A program made the translations under genes and the position numbers. The notes under the pieces are model-generated. The model was not told the origin of the DNA and searched no databases. It worked only from the letters and a program-made list of their open reading frames with translations. This document shows positions 24,855 through 38,592 of a stretch of 64,000 nt of DNA, one piece after another. Each line of letters starts with the position of its first letter. Within the stretch, counting starts at the first letter, position 1. Source of the stretch: Octopus sinensis. Taxonomy: Eukaryota. Location: NCBI RefSeq assembly GCF_006345805.1, contig NC_043002.1, positions 72,230,001 to 72,294,000 of the forward strand, written 5' to 3'.

Positions 24855-25223
24855 ACCCACCCACCGCCATCACTTGACAACCGATGCTGGTGTGTTTATG
24901 TCTCAGTAAGTTAACGGTTCGGCAAAAGAGCATGATAGAATAAATACTAGGCTTACATAGAATAAGTCCTGTGGTCGATTAGTTCTACTAAAGCCCTTCA
25001 AAGTGGTGCACTAGCATGGCCGCAGTCCAGTAAATGAAGATAAAGAAAATCATTACTACACAGGCGCAGGGGTGGTTGTGTGGTAAGAAGCTTGCTTCCC
25101 ACCCACATGGTTCCAGGTTCAGTCTCACTGTCTGGGACCTTGGGCAAATGTCTTTACTATAGCCTCGGGCTGACCAAAGCCTTGTGAGTGAATTTGGTTG
25201 ATGGAAAACTGAAAGAAGCCCGT

Positions 25224-25254
<31 letters not shown>

Positions 25255-25500
25255 CTGTCTGTGTGTGAGTGTGTGTGTGTGTGTGTGTCTGTGTGTGTGT
25301 GTGTCTGTGTCTGTGTCTGTGTTTGTACTCCTGCCATCGCTTGACAACCGATGTTGGCGTATTTATGTTCCCGTAACTTTGCGGTTAGGCAAAAAAGGCC
25401 GATAGAAAAAAAATACTAGGCTTACAAAGAGTAAGTCCTAGGGTCCTTTAAGGCGGTTCTCCAACATAGCCGAAGTCAAATGACTGAAACAAGTGAAGGA
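23915..25500 (+). mobile_element. Four consecutive family A SINE copies
   Basis: Four head-to-tail A-type bodies starting near 23915, 24225, 24633 and 25061. Confidence 0.8.
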
Positions 25501-25541
25501 ATGAAGAAATATGTTATAACGACCTTGTGAATAAAATTATA

Positions 25542-26108
25542 TTTGGGTTGTCCAGAAAGTTCGTGCCGATTTATAGTAGCTTACATTTCGACTTATTTTA
25601 GAACATGGTTGAGTCCATAAAATAGAATTTGACTACACCTCCATTTAGAGCACAGTTTAAGCTATCTTTTCGTGGAAGAAGGTTTATGTTCCTATAATCT
25701 GTGTTAATTCTGTAACCCTTTAAAATGGAAGATAAGAAAGTTCATTTTCGGCACTTGATGCTTTGGGAACCAGACAAAAATTGCTGCAGCTCGGTTGGGA
25801 TGTGTTACCCCACCCTCCATATTCACCAGATATTGCTCCTTCGGATTTCCACTTATTCAGGTCTCTGCAGAATAGTCTTAATGGTAAAAATTTCAATTCC
25901 TTGGATGACGTAAAAAGATACCTTGATGAATTCTTTGCCATGGAATCACCTCAATTCTGGGAAGAGGGTATTTTCAAGGTGAAGGTAAGATGGAGACGCA
26001 TTGTGCAACAAAATGGCTCATATTTGGTTGATTAAAAATGTAATGGCAAGTATTTATTGACCTTTTTCTTTCCTTTAAAAATCGACACGAACTTTCCGGA
26101 CAACCCAA
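25542..26108 (+). mobile_element. Internally deleted mariner with both TIRs
   Basis: TIRs ttgggttgtccagaaagttcgtgccgattt and aaatcgacacgaactttccggacaacccaa, TA on both sides; MEDKKVHFRHLMLW fused directly to RQKLLQLGWDVLPHPPYSPDIAPSDFHLFRSLQN. Confidence 0.92.
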
Positions 26109-26585
26109 TATTTTATTTTGAATGAAGACCGCATACAAGCATATAGATTTTACATACAAGGTGCTTAAGTTTTCTTGAATTTTCTGCTTTTATCTGCAAA
26201 TTTTTGCAGTTTGGAAAAATGTAGCATCTTTAGTTTATTTTTAAAAAAAGCAACTAATAATGCACTCATTAAACTAGAATTTTCTAATAGAAAGTGAGGT
26301 GTACATATAAATTTTTGATATACAGCATCCTCCTACAGGTATGAATCTGTGTTTGTCCAATGAGCGTGCACGCACACACACACACACACACACACAAACA
26401 TGCTTTTCTCGGACTATTATTTGCCTTCTGACGAAGAGCCATGCTCGAAAAATCACCCCACCACTACAACTCTATTTTTCCATGTTAAACTGAGCGTCAA
26501 CCTAATAAATTCTCTGTATATGTTCTTTTGCTTCTCGCTGTTTATGTTTTTATTTATGTTTTTTTTTGCCTGTACATAATATATA

Positions 26586-26634
<49 letters not shown>

Positions 26635-27178
26635 AATATATATATATATATATTATATATATATATATAATATATATATGGACGGCAATTCTTTTTGGTC
26701 CGTCGTCGTTCACAAAAAAATCCGCGTTCGTAATACTTTTTTTCGTTCCGCGTTAACAGCCCTTCTTATCTTGTTTTTCCTTGTCCTGTCTTTTACTGTT
26801 TATAATTTGTACTGTCGTTACTGTCCTGTTTTGTTACCATTTTTTACCCCTCTGCAAAAAGATCTCAAAATTTTAATTGATTTGCTTTTCGCAGGAAGGA
26901 AAGTTTCTTGTCGAAGATACGTCTCGCTTTCACCTTCGAAACGTAGAGTAGATGAAACCATAGCGACTGAAAAAGGGGTTTTTTCTTTGTGTTAATTGTC
27001 CTGTACTCTATTTTTTTGTTGTTTAAAAAAATGTCCAGTTCCTTGGGTTTGCGTCTATGTTTTCGTTTCTCATTGTGTTCGACGTCTTTTTGGTGTCCTG
27101 TATTCATATATGCGTGTATATATACATGTAGAGGTAGGTACGTACATATATGTTTATATATATGCATATGTTTTATTT

Positions 27179-27212
<34 letters not shown>

Positions 27213-27383
27213 GTATCTGAGAGATACCACCATGCCGAAATAGCAGTCAAAACCCCGACTCTAAAAACCCCCTTAAATGTTCAATTATTATCTTTGTATG
27301 GTATTTATTCCCATGCTGGCCACTTGATAATATCGATATTATCCTTATTATAAATTTATATATATACATATATATATATATAT

Positions 27384-27428
<45 letters not shown>

Positions 27429-27639
27429 AAGAAGCATCGCTTCTAAGCAAATCACGAAGTTACTATATATAAATATTTTTTTAAGGAGATACGTCATCTG
27501 GTGGGAGCTTGTGAGGATAATGTGCTAGTGTATCTCAGGCAACAATATATATGTATGTGTGTGTGCGTGTGTGTGTGTAAGATCCAAGGATCGAGGTGTA
27601 GGAAGAAAGTTAGCTTCAAGCAATCCGTAGTAAATATAA

Positions 27640-28230
27640 AAAAACGACTTTCAGTAATCACAAGTGACGGCGACGTTACGCTTTCATTCATCTCCCTACA
27701 TGGCCTCACACTCAACACAGAAGCCTGCATCAAGTGCTTGGAGGAGGTCGTACTACCCTGGGTCAAGCAGTTGGTTGCTGGAAGACCCTATGTCAGGCAA
27801 CTGGACTCTGCACCCTGCCACACATGCAGGAGAACTCAGTCATGGCTGTCAGATAATTTCTACGACCACATCACCCTTAACATCTTGTCAATTAACTCCC
27901 CTGACTGCAACCCACTTCATTATTATATGTGGGCGCAGTTGAGCGAGAGACAAACAAAACTCCTTCTGACACCAAAGATGAACTGAAGGCAAGGATTATG
28001 ACAGCATTCACCAACTTAAACAAGGAGACCCTCCAGAATAGTTGCAGGAGATTCCGAAGTCGTCTGGCTGCCGAGGTTAAAGCCAGTGGTGATTTTTTAT
28101 TGAGTAAATTTACTCTAGTATTTCAAGGTAATTTTATGTAATTTTGGTAAAGATATCTGTAAATATATAAGATGCCAGTGTTATTTTCATTTTTGCATAA
28201 TTTCGACGACAGTTTATTCACTGTACCCTG
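27640..28230 (+). mobile_element. maT/DD37D Tc1-mariner 3' fragment
   Basis: VITSDGD..LNTEACIKCLEEVVLPW..GRPYVRQLDSAPCH..NSPDCNPL(H); 37 residues between the second D and the decayed third D; ends ...accctg followed by TA. Confidence 0.85.
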
Positions 28231-28238
28231 TATATATA

Positions 28239-28277
<39 letters not shown>

Positions 28278-28320
28278 TCATGATACAATTATTTTAAAAT
28301 TTTCTATCTTGATTTTTTTC

Positions 28321-28373
<53 letters not shown>

Positions 28374-29932
28374 ATATCGTTAAAGTTGCGAAACTGAATA
28401 CTACCAATTGGTCGATAACTGATGAAGAATTACGGATCATCAGTTCGTCGCTCGTTCGTTTTTACATTCGGCCCGCAGCTAAAGTATAAAACGCTTGCCG
28501 ATGATGCCACAGATTGGGACCGAGCCCAGAACTATGTGGTTGAGAAGCAAACTGCTTACTACACAGCCACTCCTCGCATACATGCATATTTTTATTCTCT
28601 TACTACTCTCAGTGAATTGGACGGCGACAAATATCCGTTACAGTGGAATTTTCTTTTTTTTTTTCTTTTTTTTTTTTGCGGTGGTCAATCTTAATGAACC
28701 CAGCACTTAGTTTGAGAATACATTTTATTGGTCCCTTTCGATCGCGTGGCTGCCTTTACCTTACAGTTCAGCATATTCTCCAAAAGTGAAACTGATTTCA
28801 TCCACATCTTGGAAATTGAAAATAAATTATTGGCTCAAACCAGATTCGTATTTTTAGCCCTTACGTTGTGAGCTAATCACCATTTTATGCCACCCCTCGC
28901 TGTACAAACATGCGCGCGCTCAAACTCACGTTCGTGCATGATATGAAAAATGCGAGAACAAGTTTTAATAATAAACTTTTAATAATACCACAAACAATTC
29001 CCCTCAGGCTTTTATTTTGTTAAAAATAACATGTTTTTAATGGTTTTGTTCTTTTTTTGTCATTTCTGTTTTATGTTTTTTTTTTTATTACAAACCAATT
29101 TTTTAAAATTGTTTTTGCCAAGAATTTAAAAAGTTTTAATTATGAAAAAATAGATTTAAGTATTTTTTTTAAAGGAGGATCCACGAATTTTTTTTTATTA
29201 AAAAGTAACCTTCAAACTGTTTTATAACCAATGGAGAAATGTGTACCTTTCATGTATGTAGTTTTTCCTATTTACCGTTTTCATATGTTTTTTTTTTTTG
29301 CATTGTTGCTGCTATCCTGTTTTTCCTGGGGATTTTTGTGTTTTTTTTTTTTTCTCATGCTTCTGTTTCCTGCTTCACTTATTAGTTGTATGCAGTTTTT
29401 CTATTGGCAGTTTCTGTTTTCTGCTATGTACTTTTTGCTGTGTATATACAGGTGAGGGTTCTTCTTGACGTCTTCCTGATTTCATTTCCTGATTCAAGTT
29501 TTCAATTCACTCTTTTTTCTTTTCTATATTCACTTCTGTTTTTTTTTTTGTTTTTTTTTTTAAAGTTTTTCCTAATTACTCTATTATTTTCTTTACTTTT
29601 CTACTTAATACTTTTTAACCTATCCTCTACTTTCAATTTTTGGTAAAATATTTTTATTCTGTTTTTTTTGTTTTTTACATGTCTGCAAGTTTATCTCTTC
29701 GGTTTTGTTTAGTATTGTTTATATTTTTTGTTATTTCTGTTCATAAGTATTTTTTTTTTACTTCCTGTTTGCTGTTCTATACGGTCGTCGCTTTGTATTG
29801 CTTTCTGTTAACTACTTTTTCATTTGTTTTTTTGTTTTTGTTTTTCACTCTTGTGATATTTATTTCTCTTTTCTGGTTTGTGTTGATGATGATTGTACTG
29901 AGATTACAACTGTCGGCGGTAGTGGCAGGGCT

Positions 29933-29968
<36 letters not shown>

Positions 29969-30915
29969 ATAATTGATGGGTGGAGGTATTGTAGCAGCTT
30001 TCATTGTATTTGGCCTTTATTGTCTCGTTTCGATAATCAGCCGAAGGTTCGACAACATTATCGTCAACATTATCACCGTCATCATCGTCATAAATATAGT
30101 TTTCATCCTTTTATTATCAACTTCAATACTTTTTATCCTATTATAACCATTATCACCTCTATCATCACTAATCTTTCCTCTTCATCACCAATCATTAGAG
30201 CCGTCTTCACAGTCATTGCTACAATATAAAATGGGATCTGGAATGGGTAAGTTTTTTTGTTGCTTTTGTTCTTTTTTTTTTCTTGTTTGTGTATTTGTTT
30301 GGTCTGTGAGTGTAGGTGACGACAACATCTGTCCCAGATGCAGATATTTTTGAATGCTCACCTAAAATCTAATTAGAACGAATACGGCACTTTCCCTAAT
30401 GGAATTTAGAAAGTTTAATTTCTGCTGCAAACTGGGATTGAATCAGATTCTTGGACAAAATCTCTACATTATGGAGATAAGAATTATTCGAATATTATAT
30501 AAAAAAATATATAAATAAAAGATTTTTTTCCCAAAACAAGGGACAAAAGCAGCAGCTGTATTATCATACAAAGGTTCCGATACAATTTGGTTATTTCATT
30601 AATTAATATCAGATAGATGTGAGTGCATGCACTCTGTGGATTCTTTTATAATGCCTTGCATATAACGACAATCTCTTCTTTGACGCATTCCCACTTGCTC
30701 TCTCTTTCTCTCACTATTTCTCTCTTTTTTCTGTGTGTGCATATATATATGCTTTTCTCTCTCCCTCTCTCTTTTACTACTTTCATTCGATCAAATTCAG
30801 TTATTCACGTTTGGTCTTGCTCACTCACGTGTACATAGCTGTATAAAACATTTGAATTGACTAACAACAACCATTCTAACAGAGACATTCTTTTAGCAGG
30901 TGTAAAGGACATGTT

Positions 30916-31040
<125 letters not shown>

Positions 31041-31238
31041 TCTTTCCTTCTCTCTTACTTACTTTTTTCTTTTGAAGTGTCAGCTACCTTACTAACTAAA
31101 AGCTACGCTAATATCCAGTACCCCTTGTAATACTATTTGTGTGGTGCTGCAGGATAGCTATGTGAAAAATGAGTATGTTTCATATGAATTATTTACTGGC
31201 ATGTTGAGATCTTGAAAGAATCTACCAACTTTAAAAAA

Positions 31239-32181
31239 TTATTGCTTCACTTCTTGCAAAACCTCTTCAAGAATTTTCCACCTTTCGGTAATTCTTTTTA
31301 TAATGCTATCCTTATACGCAAGTATTGAATAATCATGCACTTTTTGTTTGTCTTTGTGATTTTCCCAATTGCGATAGTGATGTACCAACCCCTGTGAAAT
31401 TCCGACTTCGGAAGCAACATACCCAGTCCGAAAAGTCCAAATATTATGAATTCCCACTGTTTCGACTTTCAAAGGATTAACAATAGTTTTTGAACGAATA
31501 TACGCAGGATGTATTTTCGGCTCTCGATCTAGTTTCAACAAAGACACTATGTTATATTTTTCAGCTAGGTCTTTCCCGGTGAAATTTTCTTTCGCATCTT
31601 CCCATTCTTTACGAAAAAAAGTACACCTGAAAATATATGCACCTATATTTGTGGCGTGTTTCAAACTATCAATGAAAGTCATCCAATTCCGATGCTTTCT
31701 CGGAATTATGAATTCATCTGCATCAATAAACACGATAAATTTAGTCCTGTACATATTTCTATAAAGACAGTCATTTATAGCAGCGAGCTGACCAAAATAA
31801 TGAATCTCTGATCCACCTTCACTTTTAAATGGTATTTTCCATTCAACTGTCTCTGACAAACCTTCTTCTGCGTATTTTTTTATAATTGCAGTTACATTGC
31901 GACTGATACTGTAGTTGTAAAAGATGAAATAATCGGCACCAAATAACTTGTTGACTTCCATCCATTCGACCAATTCGTCCATACGATCATAGTTGGAGTG
32001 CAAAGGACTGAGGCAAACAGTAAAGTTTTTCTTGCCTGTTTTTCTAACTACAGAATTTGGTGTAACCAAAATGTGATTTCTAGGTTGCTGGCATTTCTTC
32101 TTTAAGACAATTGAAACACTGACTGGTGGATCATTCGCTTTAAATTGGTGTAGTGGACAGAGGAAGTAGCAGGCAGCAAAT
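31239..32181 (-). CDS. Terminal coding exon of a glycosyltransferase family 92 (DUF23, galt-1-like beta-1,4-galactosyltransferase) gene
   Basis: Uninterrupted ORF (FAACYFLCPL...FTVCLSPL...VEWMEVNKLFGADYFIFY...GQLAAINDCLYR...VFIDADEFIIP...VHHYR) with the GT92-type motifs and a DxD (DADE). A polypyrimidine tract plus AG acceptor (minus strand tttctctttatttttttag|A TTT GCT) puts the exon start at 32181; stop TAA at 31239-31241. The track's upstream MHLLISLC... is intron. Confidence 0.88.
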
Positions 32182-33444
32182 CTAAAAAAATAAAGAGAAA
32201 TATATATATACAATAAGGTACACAAAGAAATTAATAAATGCAATGCTAATTAGATCAAATGAACATATAGAATGAAGTAATTACAGAGCAAGTAAAATGC
32301 TGAGTTAAGAAAATGTTATCAAAAACAATAAGAATTAAAATCCAAACAGTTGTGAACATCAAGTGATAAGACCCAAAGTACGAAGTACGCATCCTACAAT
32401 CTTAAATACAGGAGCTTTGTGTTTCTAAGATAATGTAATCTTGGGTACATTACTCGTTAACTCTTACTATTCAAATCCACATGGAACTACCCTGTATCTA
32501 TAATACAAATTTTCTGTTTTAAAATTATCTAAATTCAAACCTTCCCTCAAAATTTCATTCTGATTTGTTTAAAACAACAGCTTAATAACGGAAATTTTAT
32601 TAAATTTTCCATGATTTTCTAAATTAGTTGAAGTCAAGGCAGAGTATTTTAACAAAAATAGGTTTAAGCAAAGGCAAGAACATCAAGGCCTGAATGCCTA
32701 TCTTTAAAATGAAACTTGATTAGGGCAGGCCTGGAACTAAGTAACCATTTTGGGATGATTAGTTTAAATTAAAATCATGAAATTCTTAATAAGCTGTGTG
32801 TATGTACTAAAGTAGATCGAAGCAAATACCTGAGTAAATTACGATAGTAAATCGTAGACAAAGCCGAATTGTTTTCACTAATTTAGGTCAAAGATGAAGG
32901 CGGTCGTTTGACCTGACCTGATATAACAAGCGCAGGAAGGTATTTCGTTGAATACAGTATCAGATTAGATTATAAACTGAGTCGTTAGGGAGTTAACAGT
33001 TTTGCACTAGAATTCGATCTAGATTAGTTTCTGTTTATTTTCGATTAACTGGTTAAAAATAATAAAAATTTAACCTACGGGAATCGTCAACTGACATATC
33101 AATCAATTCGAAACTAATTTATTTCCAATAAAGAGCTGCATGTGATTTTATGCACCAATCGTTCCACATTAAAAGAGTCCACAACACGATTATCTACTTG
33201 GATGGACAATAATAATCGACTACAAATACGTAGTAAGCACTGTGGAAACTATTCTGTCTGTGAGCCAACACTGCGTTCTTCTTTCTATTGTAAGTTCTAA
33301 CTAATTTCGTTTTTATTAATTTTTTTTCTCACTCTGTCTCTGGGGATGGTCACCCTTTAATAAATACGTTTGAAATTAGTACATTTATCATCCTAGCATA
33401 GACGACAAATATACATTTATCAATTATCTTTGCGGCTGCATGCG

Positions 33445-33832
33445 TGTTAACATGTGTCACTCCGTCGGTTACGACGTTGAGGGTTCCAGTTGATCCGAAC
33501 AACGGAACAGCCTACTCGTGAAATTAACGTGCATGTGGCTGAGCACTCCACAGATACGTGTACCCTTAACGTAGTTCTTGGGGAGATTCAGCGTGACAGA
33601 GTGGGACAAGGCTGGCCCTTTGAAATACAGGTACAACAGAAACAGGAAGAATGAGTGAGAGAAAGTTGTAGTGAAAGAGTACAGCAGGGTTCGACACCAC
33701 ACCCTACCGGAGCCTCGTGGAGCTTTAGATGTTTTCGCTCAATAAACACTCACAACGTCCGGTTTGGAAATAGAAATCGCGATCCCACGACCGCGAGTCC
33801 GCTGTCCTAATCACTGGGCCATTGCGCCTCCA
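33445..33832 (-). mobile_element. SINE family C, different 3' tail
   Basis: Same head as 19133, but the 3' half (gggccagccttg..actacgttaagggtacacg) differs. Confidence 0.75.
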
Positions 33833-33887
33833 CGTTAACATGTATACCATGTTTTACTTGGATGTCATTGTTTGATATTAAGTTCTA

Positions 33888-34118
33888 ACTCTTTTACTCT
33901 TTTACATGTTTCAGTCAGTTGACTGCGGCCATGCTGGAGCACCGCCTTTAGTCGAGCAAATTGACCCCAGGACTTATTCGTTGTAAGCCTAGTACTTATT
34001 CTATCGGTCTCTCTTGTCGAACCGCTAAGTTACGGGGACGTAAACACACCAGCATCGGTTGTCAAGCGATGTTGGTGGGGAGGACACAGACACACAAATA
34101 TATACACACACACATACG

Positions 34119-34157
<39 letters not shown>

Positions 34158-34320
34158 GACTGGCTTCTTTCAGTTTCCGTCTACCAAATCCACTCACAAG
34201 GCTTTGGTCGGCCCGAGGCTATAGCAGAAGACACTTGCCCAAGGTGCCACGTAGTGGGACTGAACCGGGAACCATGTGGTTGGTGAGCAAGCTACTTACC
34301 ACACAGCCATTCCTACGCCT
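33888..34320 (-). mobile_element. SINE family A, full length
   Basis: Reverse complement of the 5646-6064 type. Confidence 0.85.
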
Positions 34321-35316
34321 TTGATAATTTCTAATTTATGGGAAAGACCACCAATTTTATAAAGGAAAACAATTTATTACATCGACCCTAGTACTTGACC
34401 AGAACTCTTTTTTTATCAGTTCTGAAAGCATGACAGGCAAAGTTGACGTCCACGGGATGTGAACTCAGAACATGTAGAAAATTACAACGAATACCTGAAG
34501 AGAAAATTTCTGATGCTTTAACGATACAACCAATCCGCTGCCTGTGACATTTTTTTTAGCAAAAAGGAGCAATGCTTGAAATTTGGAGGGAAGTGGGGGG
34601 GGGACCTTACTCGATTAGCTTGACCCCTTTACTTCCCTGATGCGGTATTTTATCGATCGTGGAAGGGTGAAATGTAAAGCTGACCTCCCGGAACAAATAC
34701 CACAAGAAAATATGGCCGATGCACAAAGGAACTATTCTGCCAACCTACCGCCCGTGGTATTTACAAGCATTAATAGCATATATACATATTTATATACATA
34801 CACACACATACACACATACACATATATATGTATATTTATATAATACACACAAATGCATATGTGTGTGTATGTATGGGTGTGTATAATTAACATATATGTA
34901 TATATATTTTAATATATATATATTAAAAACTATTTATATTAACATATATGCATATATAATTATACACACCCATACATATATATATATGTATGGGTGTGTA
35001 TAAATAACATATATGCATATATATTTTTTATTGTTTTTTTGTTTTTAATTGTTTCAGTCATTTGACTGCAGCCATGCTGGAGCACCGTTTTTAGTCGAAC
35101 AAATTGACCCCAGGACTTATTCATTCTTTATAAGCCTAGTACTTATTCTATCGGTCTCTTTTACCGAATTGCTAAGTTACGGGGACGTAAACACACCAAC
35201 ATCGGTTGTCAAGCGATGGTAGGGGAACAAACACAGACACGCACACGCACACACATATAAATATATGTTGTTGTGTTTTTTTGTTTTTTGTGTTTTCTTG
35301 TTTGGATTAACTACAT

Positions 35317-35426
<110 letters not shown>

Positions 35427-36989
35427 TACATAATACAACGAGCCTTTCTCAGATTCCATCTACCAAATCCACTCAAAAGATTTTGGTCGGCTTGGGCCTA
35501 CGGTATAGCAGCCGCGTGCTATGGGTATTGAACCTGGAACCACATAGTTAGGAAGCAAACTTCTTACCACACTGCGAATGAAAATTTTCCAAGAGGCAAA
35601 TGAAATTAAATGGTATCTAAAAATGTTGATCTGCTGAATTTGATTAAACCAACCAAGGAAAGATGCTGTGAAATGGCGGTGTCGGGGAGTATTGAATTAG
35701 ACAATTTTAAAAATGGGTTTCTTGGATACAAGCAACAAATAACTGATTGTTTCGTTTTGGTTTGGGGTTTTTTTTTTGTTTGTTTGGTTGGGGTTTTTTT
35801 TTTTTGTATTTTCGTTTTGTTTTGTTTTGTGTTTTTTTAGAACTGAGATAAGATTAAATAAAGCTAAAGTAAACTTAGTGAAGGAAAGCACTCTGACATA
35901 AGAAACATATCATGAACCTCAATAATAATCTCCTATAATGAGCAGTAGAAAAATGCAGTGTATCGTTCAAAGTCTCGCTGAAAATGAAGCTTAATCCCAT
36001 AACTGCATTAGCTAAACAAGAATACTCCGCTGCAGTTGGTATATTATTATAAGAAAACGAAGTGCTAGGAAATGGCAAAAAAAAGAAGCAGAAACGAAGA
36101 TTCTTCTATTGAAATGATTACTTAGAAATTTAAAAACTCTCCAGAGATATTGTAGCTCCTAAAGTAACGTACTGATTATACTACTCAATTCCTTAAGGGG
36201 CCTTATAATCAGTAAGACAAAAATAACATAAGAGGCAAGCAAGCATCTCAATAGGAATATGAGAGATTATAAAGTAAATAATTCATATAAAAGGTAAAAT
36301 ACAAGAAGCATTAAAAGTTAGCTACGGAGGAGAGGGCGAATTGTTATTATTCAATGATAGATATTTCAGGGTTATCTCTCTTGCGGTACACGGGGCTCAC
36401 GTTAAACAAGAAACTACAAAATCGGCATTCACCGATTCCGCTAGAGGGCGCTTTGAAATAACTGTTAGTGTTTTTCAACACCTATTTACCTAAAGTGAGA
36501 AATGTTCTGAACGACAAACGGCAATGAAACACAGCCTTTGCACATGTCAAAATATGTCTCAAACGTTTGAACTGATCTCAATGTTAGTATATTCGCAATA
36601 CTGCTTTTGCACACCCACTATGATATTGTCTGAATTTTTCCGGAAAGTCTCCGTCTAATTTCTACCTCTTCCTCATCGTAATTTAACCTTTACTGATATC
36701 TATGCCGAACTAGTAACGGACAAATATCGTGTGTGTAATACGTTAACACAGACTTTTATATCGTTTCTCTTACGAATGGGAAATTTGGCTTATTTAATCT
36801 CTAAACATTTCTATACCAATAAATATATACCTATACCAATAAATACGCATTCTTGTCTGTTTTTCTTTGCGGTTTATCTGTAACAGTGAATGTTATCTCT
36901 TACGGACGAGATCAGAATAATACCGAAACACGTTTGATGACTAAACTTGTCGGGAAAATGAAAATAATATTCATCATTGACTTATTTCT

Positions 36990-37403
36990 TCTTTTACTCT
37001 TTTACTTATTTTCAGTCATTTGACTGTGGCCATGCTGGAGCACCGCCTTTAGTCAAACAAATCGATCTCCGGGACTTATTCTTTGTAAGCCTCTTACTTA
37101 TTCTATCGGTCTCTTTTGCCGAACCGCTAAGTTACGGGGACGTAAACACACTAGCATCGGTTGTCAAGTGATGTTGGCGGGGGAGGACAAACACAAACAC
37201 ACAAACATATACACACATACATATATATATTCATATATACGACGGGCTTCTTTCAGTTTCCGTCTACCAAATCCACTCACAAGGCTTTGGTCGGCCCGAG
37301 GCTATAGTAGAAGACACTTGCCCAAGGTGCCACGCAGTGGGAATGAACCCGGAACCATGTGGTTGGTAAGCAAGCTACCTACCACACAGCCACTCCTGCG
37401 CCT
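36990..37403 (-). mobile_element. SINE family A, full length
   Basis: Reverse complement of the family A consensus. Confidence 0.85.
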
Positions 37404-38405
37404 ATTTATTTTATTTTATTTTTTAATTATTTTGTTTTTCTTCCACTGCGTATTTATTTCTGATTAGTATTTTGAAGCTCCCTGCATTAAGTTAACAATA
37501 ACTTAACTATTGTTGTTTTTCTTGTTGTAATTGCTGCTGCTGCTGTTTCTTCATACGAATGGCGTCTTTGTGTTATTTAATTCATATAAAAGCTCAACCA
37601 ATGAGAAAGACTGATAAAATACATTAAAATTTTGACAGAACAAAATATTTCGGACTAGAACAAAAAGCATTTCTACAACAAAATAGAATTCAAAATGAAA
37701 TAGAATTTAATTAAAATAAGACAACAATTCAAAATCAGACAACTTTCAATTACGGAAGTTGAAACTTTCTGAAAAGGCAATATAAAATACAAAAACCCAT
37801 AATCTTTGTTTCTGAAAGGATTGATAAAGAAAAAGACACAAATCTAATAAAAAGCGAACAGTATCAAACTGGAATAATTCCAGCTCATTTTAAATAAATT
37901 GCTTAAATTGAAAATCTGTAGGACTACATGAAGATCTAAATAACTGGGTTAATTCTTTAACATCAATCCATCAGAAATTGGCCGATCTCCAATTAGATAT
38001 TACTTAGGTACGCACAGTCACACATTTATAAAAGAGGATAATAAGATTAGATGACGTTCATGCCTTTTTCAAAAACGTTAGCAGCATAAGAGAAATGGTC
38101 TACGTCCAAATGCAAGCTAAGTCCGACTCACAGATTGTCTTACTACGAGTTTGACACTTGTTTTATGGTACTCGATCCCGTAGCTAATAATTTATGCAAT
38201 AATTTACGCAATTTACATTATTAAGAATGGTATATGTCAGGTCAAGACTAATTATATTACAGTTTAATGGAATTCTGTTACTGGTAACCTTGTGATCCAG
38301 GGCTACCTACCGACGATCGAGTAGCCCGCTGCTAAACCGATTCCCTGATGTATTTACTTAATACGGAGGGTGAGACGGCATCCACTCATGAAGATGGAGA
38401 ACAAA

Positions 38406-38446
<41 letters not shown>

Positions 38447-38495
38447 TATATATACATATATATATATATAATATATATATATATACATACATACA

Positions 38496-38566
<71 letters not shown>

Positions 38567-38592
38567 ATATATATGTATACATACATATATAT

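Noticed and set aside
27209-27260. Hammerhead relic in ggtatctgagagatacc..gaaatagcagtc
   Set aside because: The core lacks a proper CUGANGA, and ggtatct/agatacc forms a competing hairpin; kept only as weak context for the 11707 foldback.
32830-32880. Candidate upstream GT92 exon ending CAG|GTATTT
   Set aside because: In the required phase a TAA lies about 15 codons upstream of the donor, and the peptide does not resemble GT92 N-terminal motifs.
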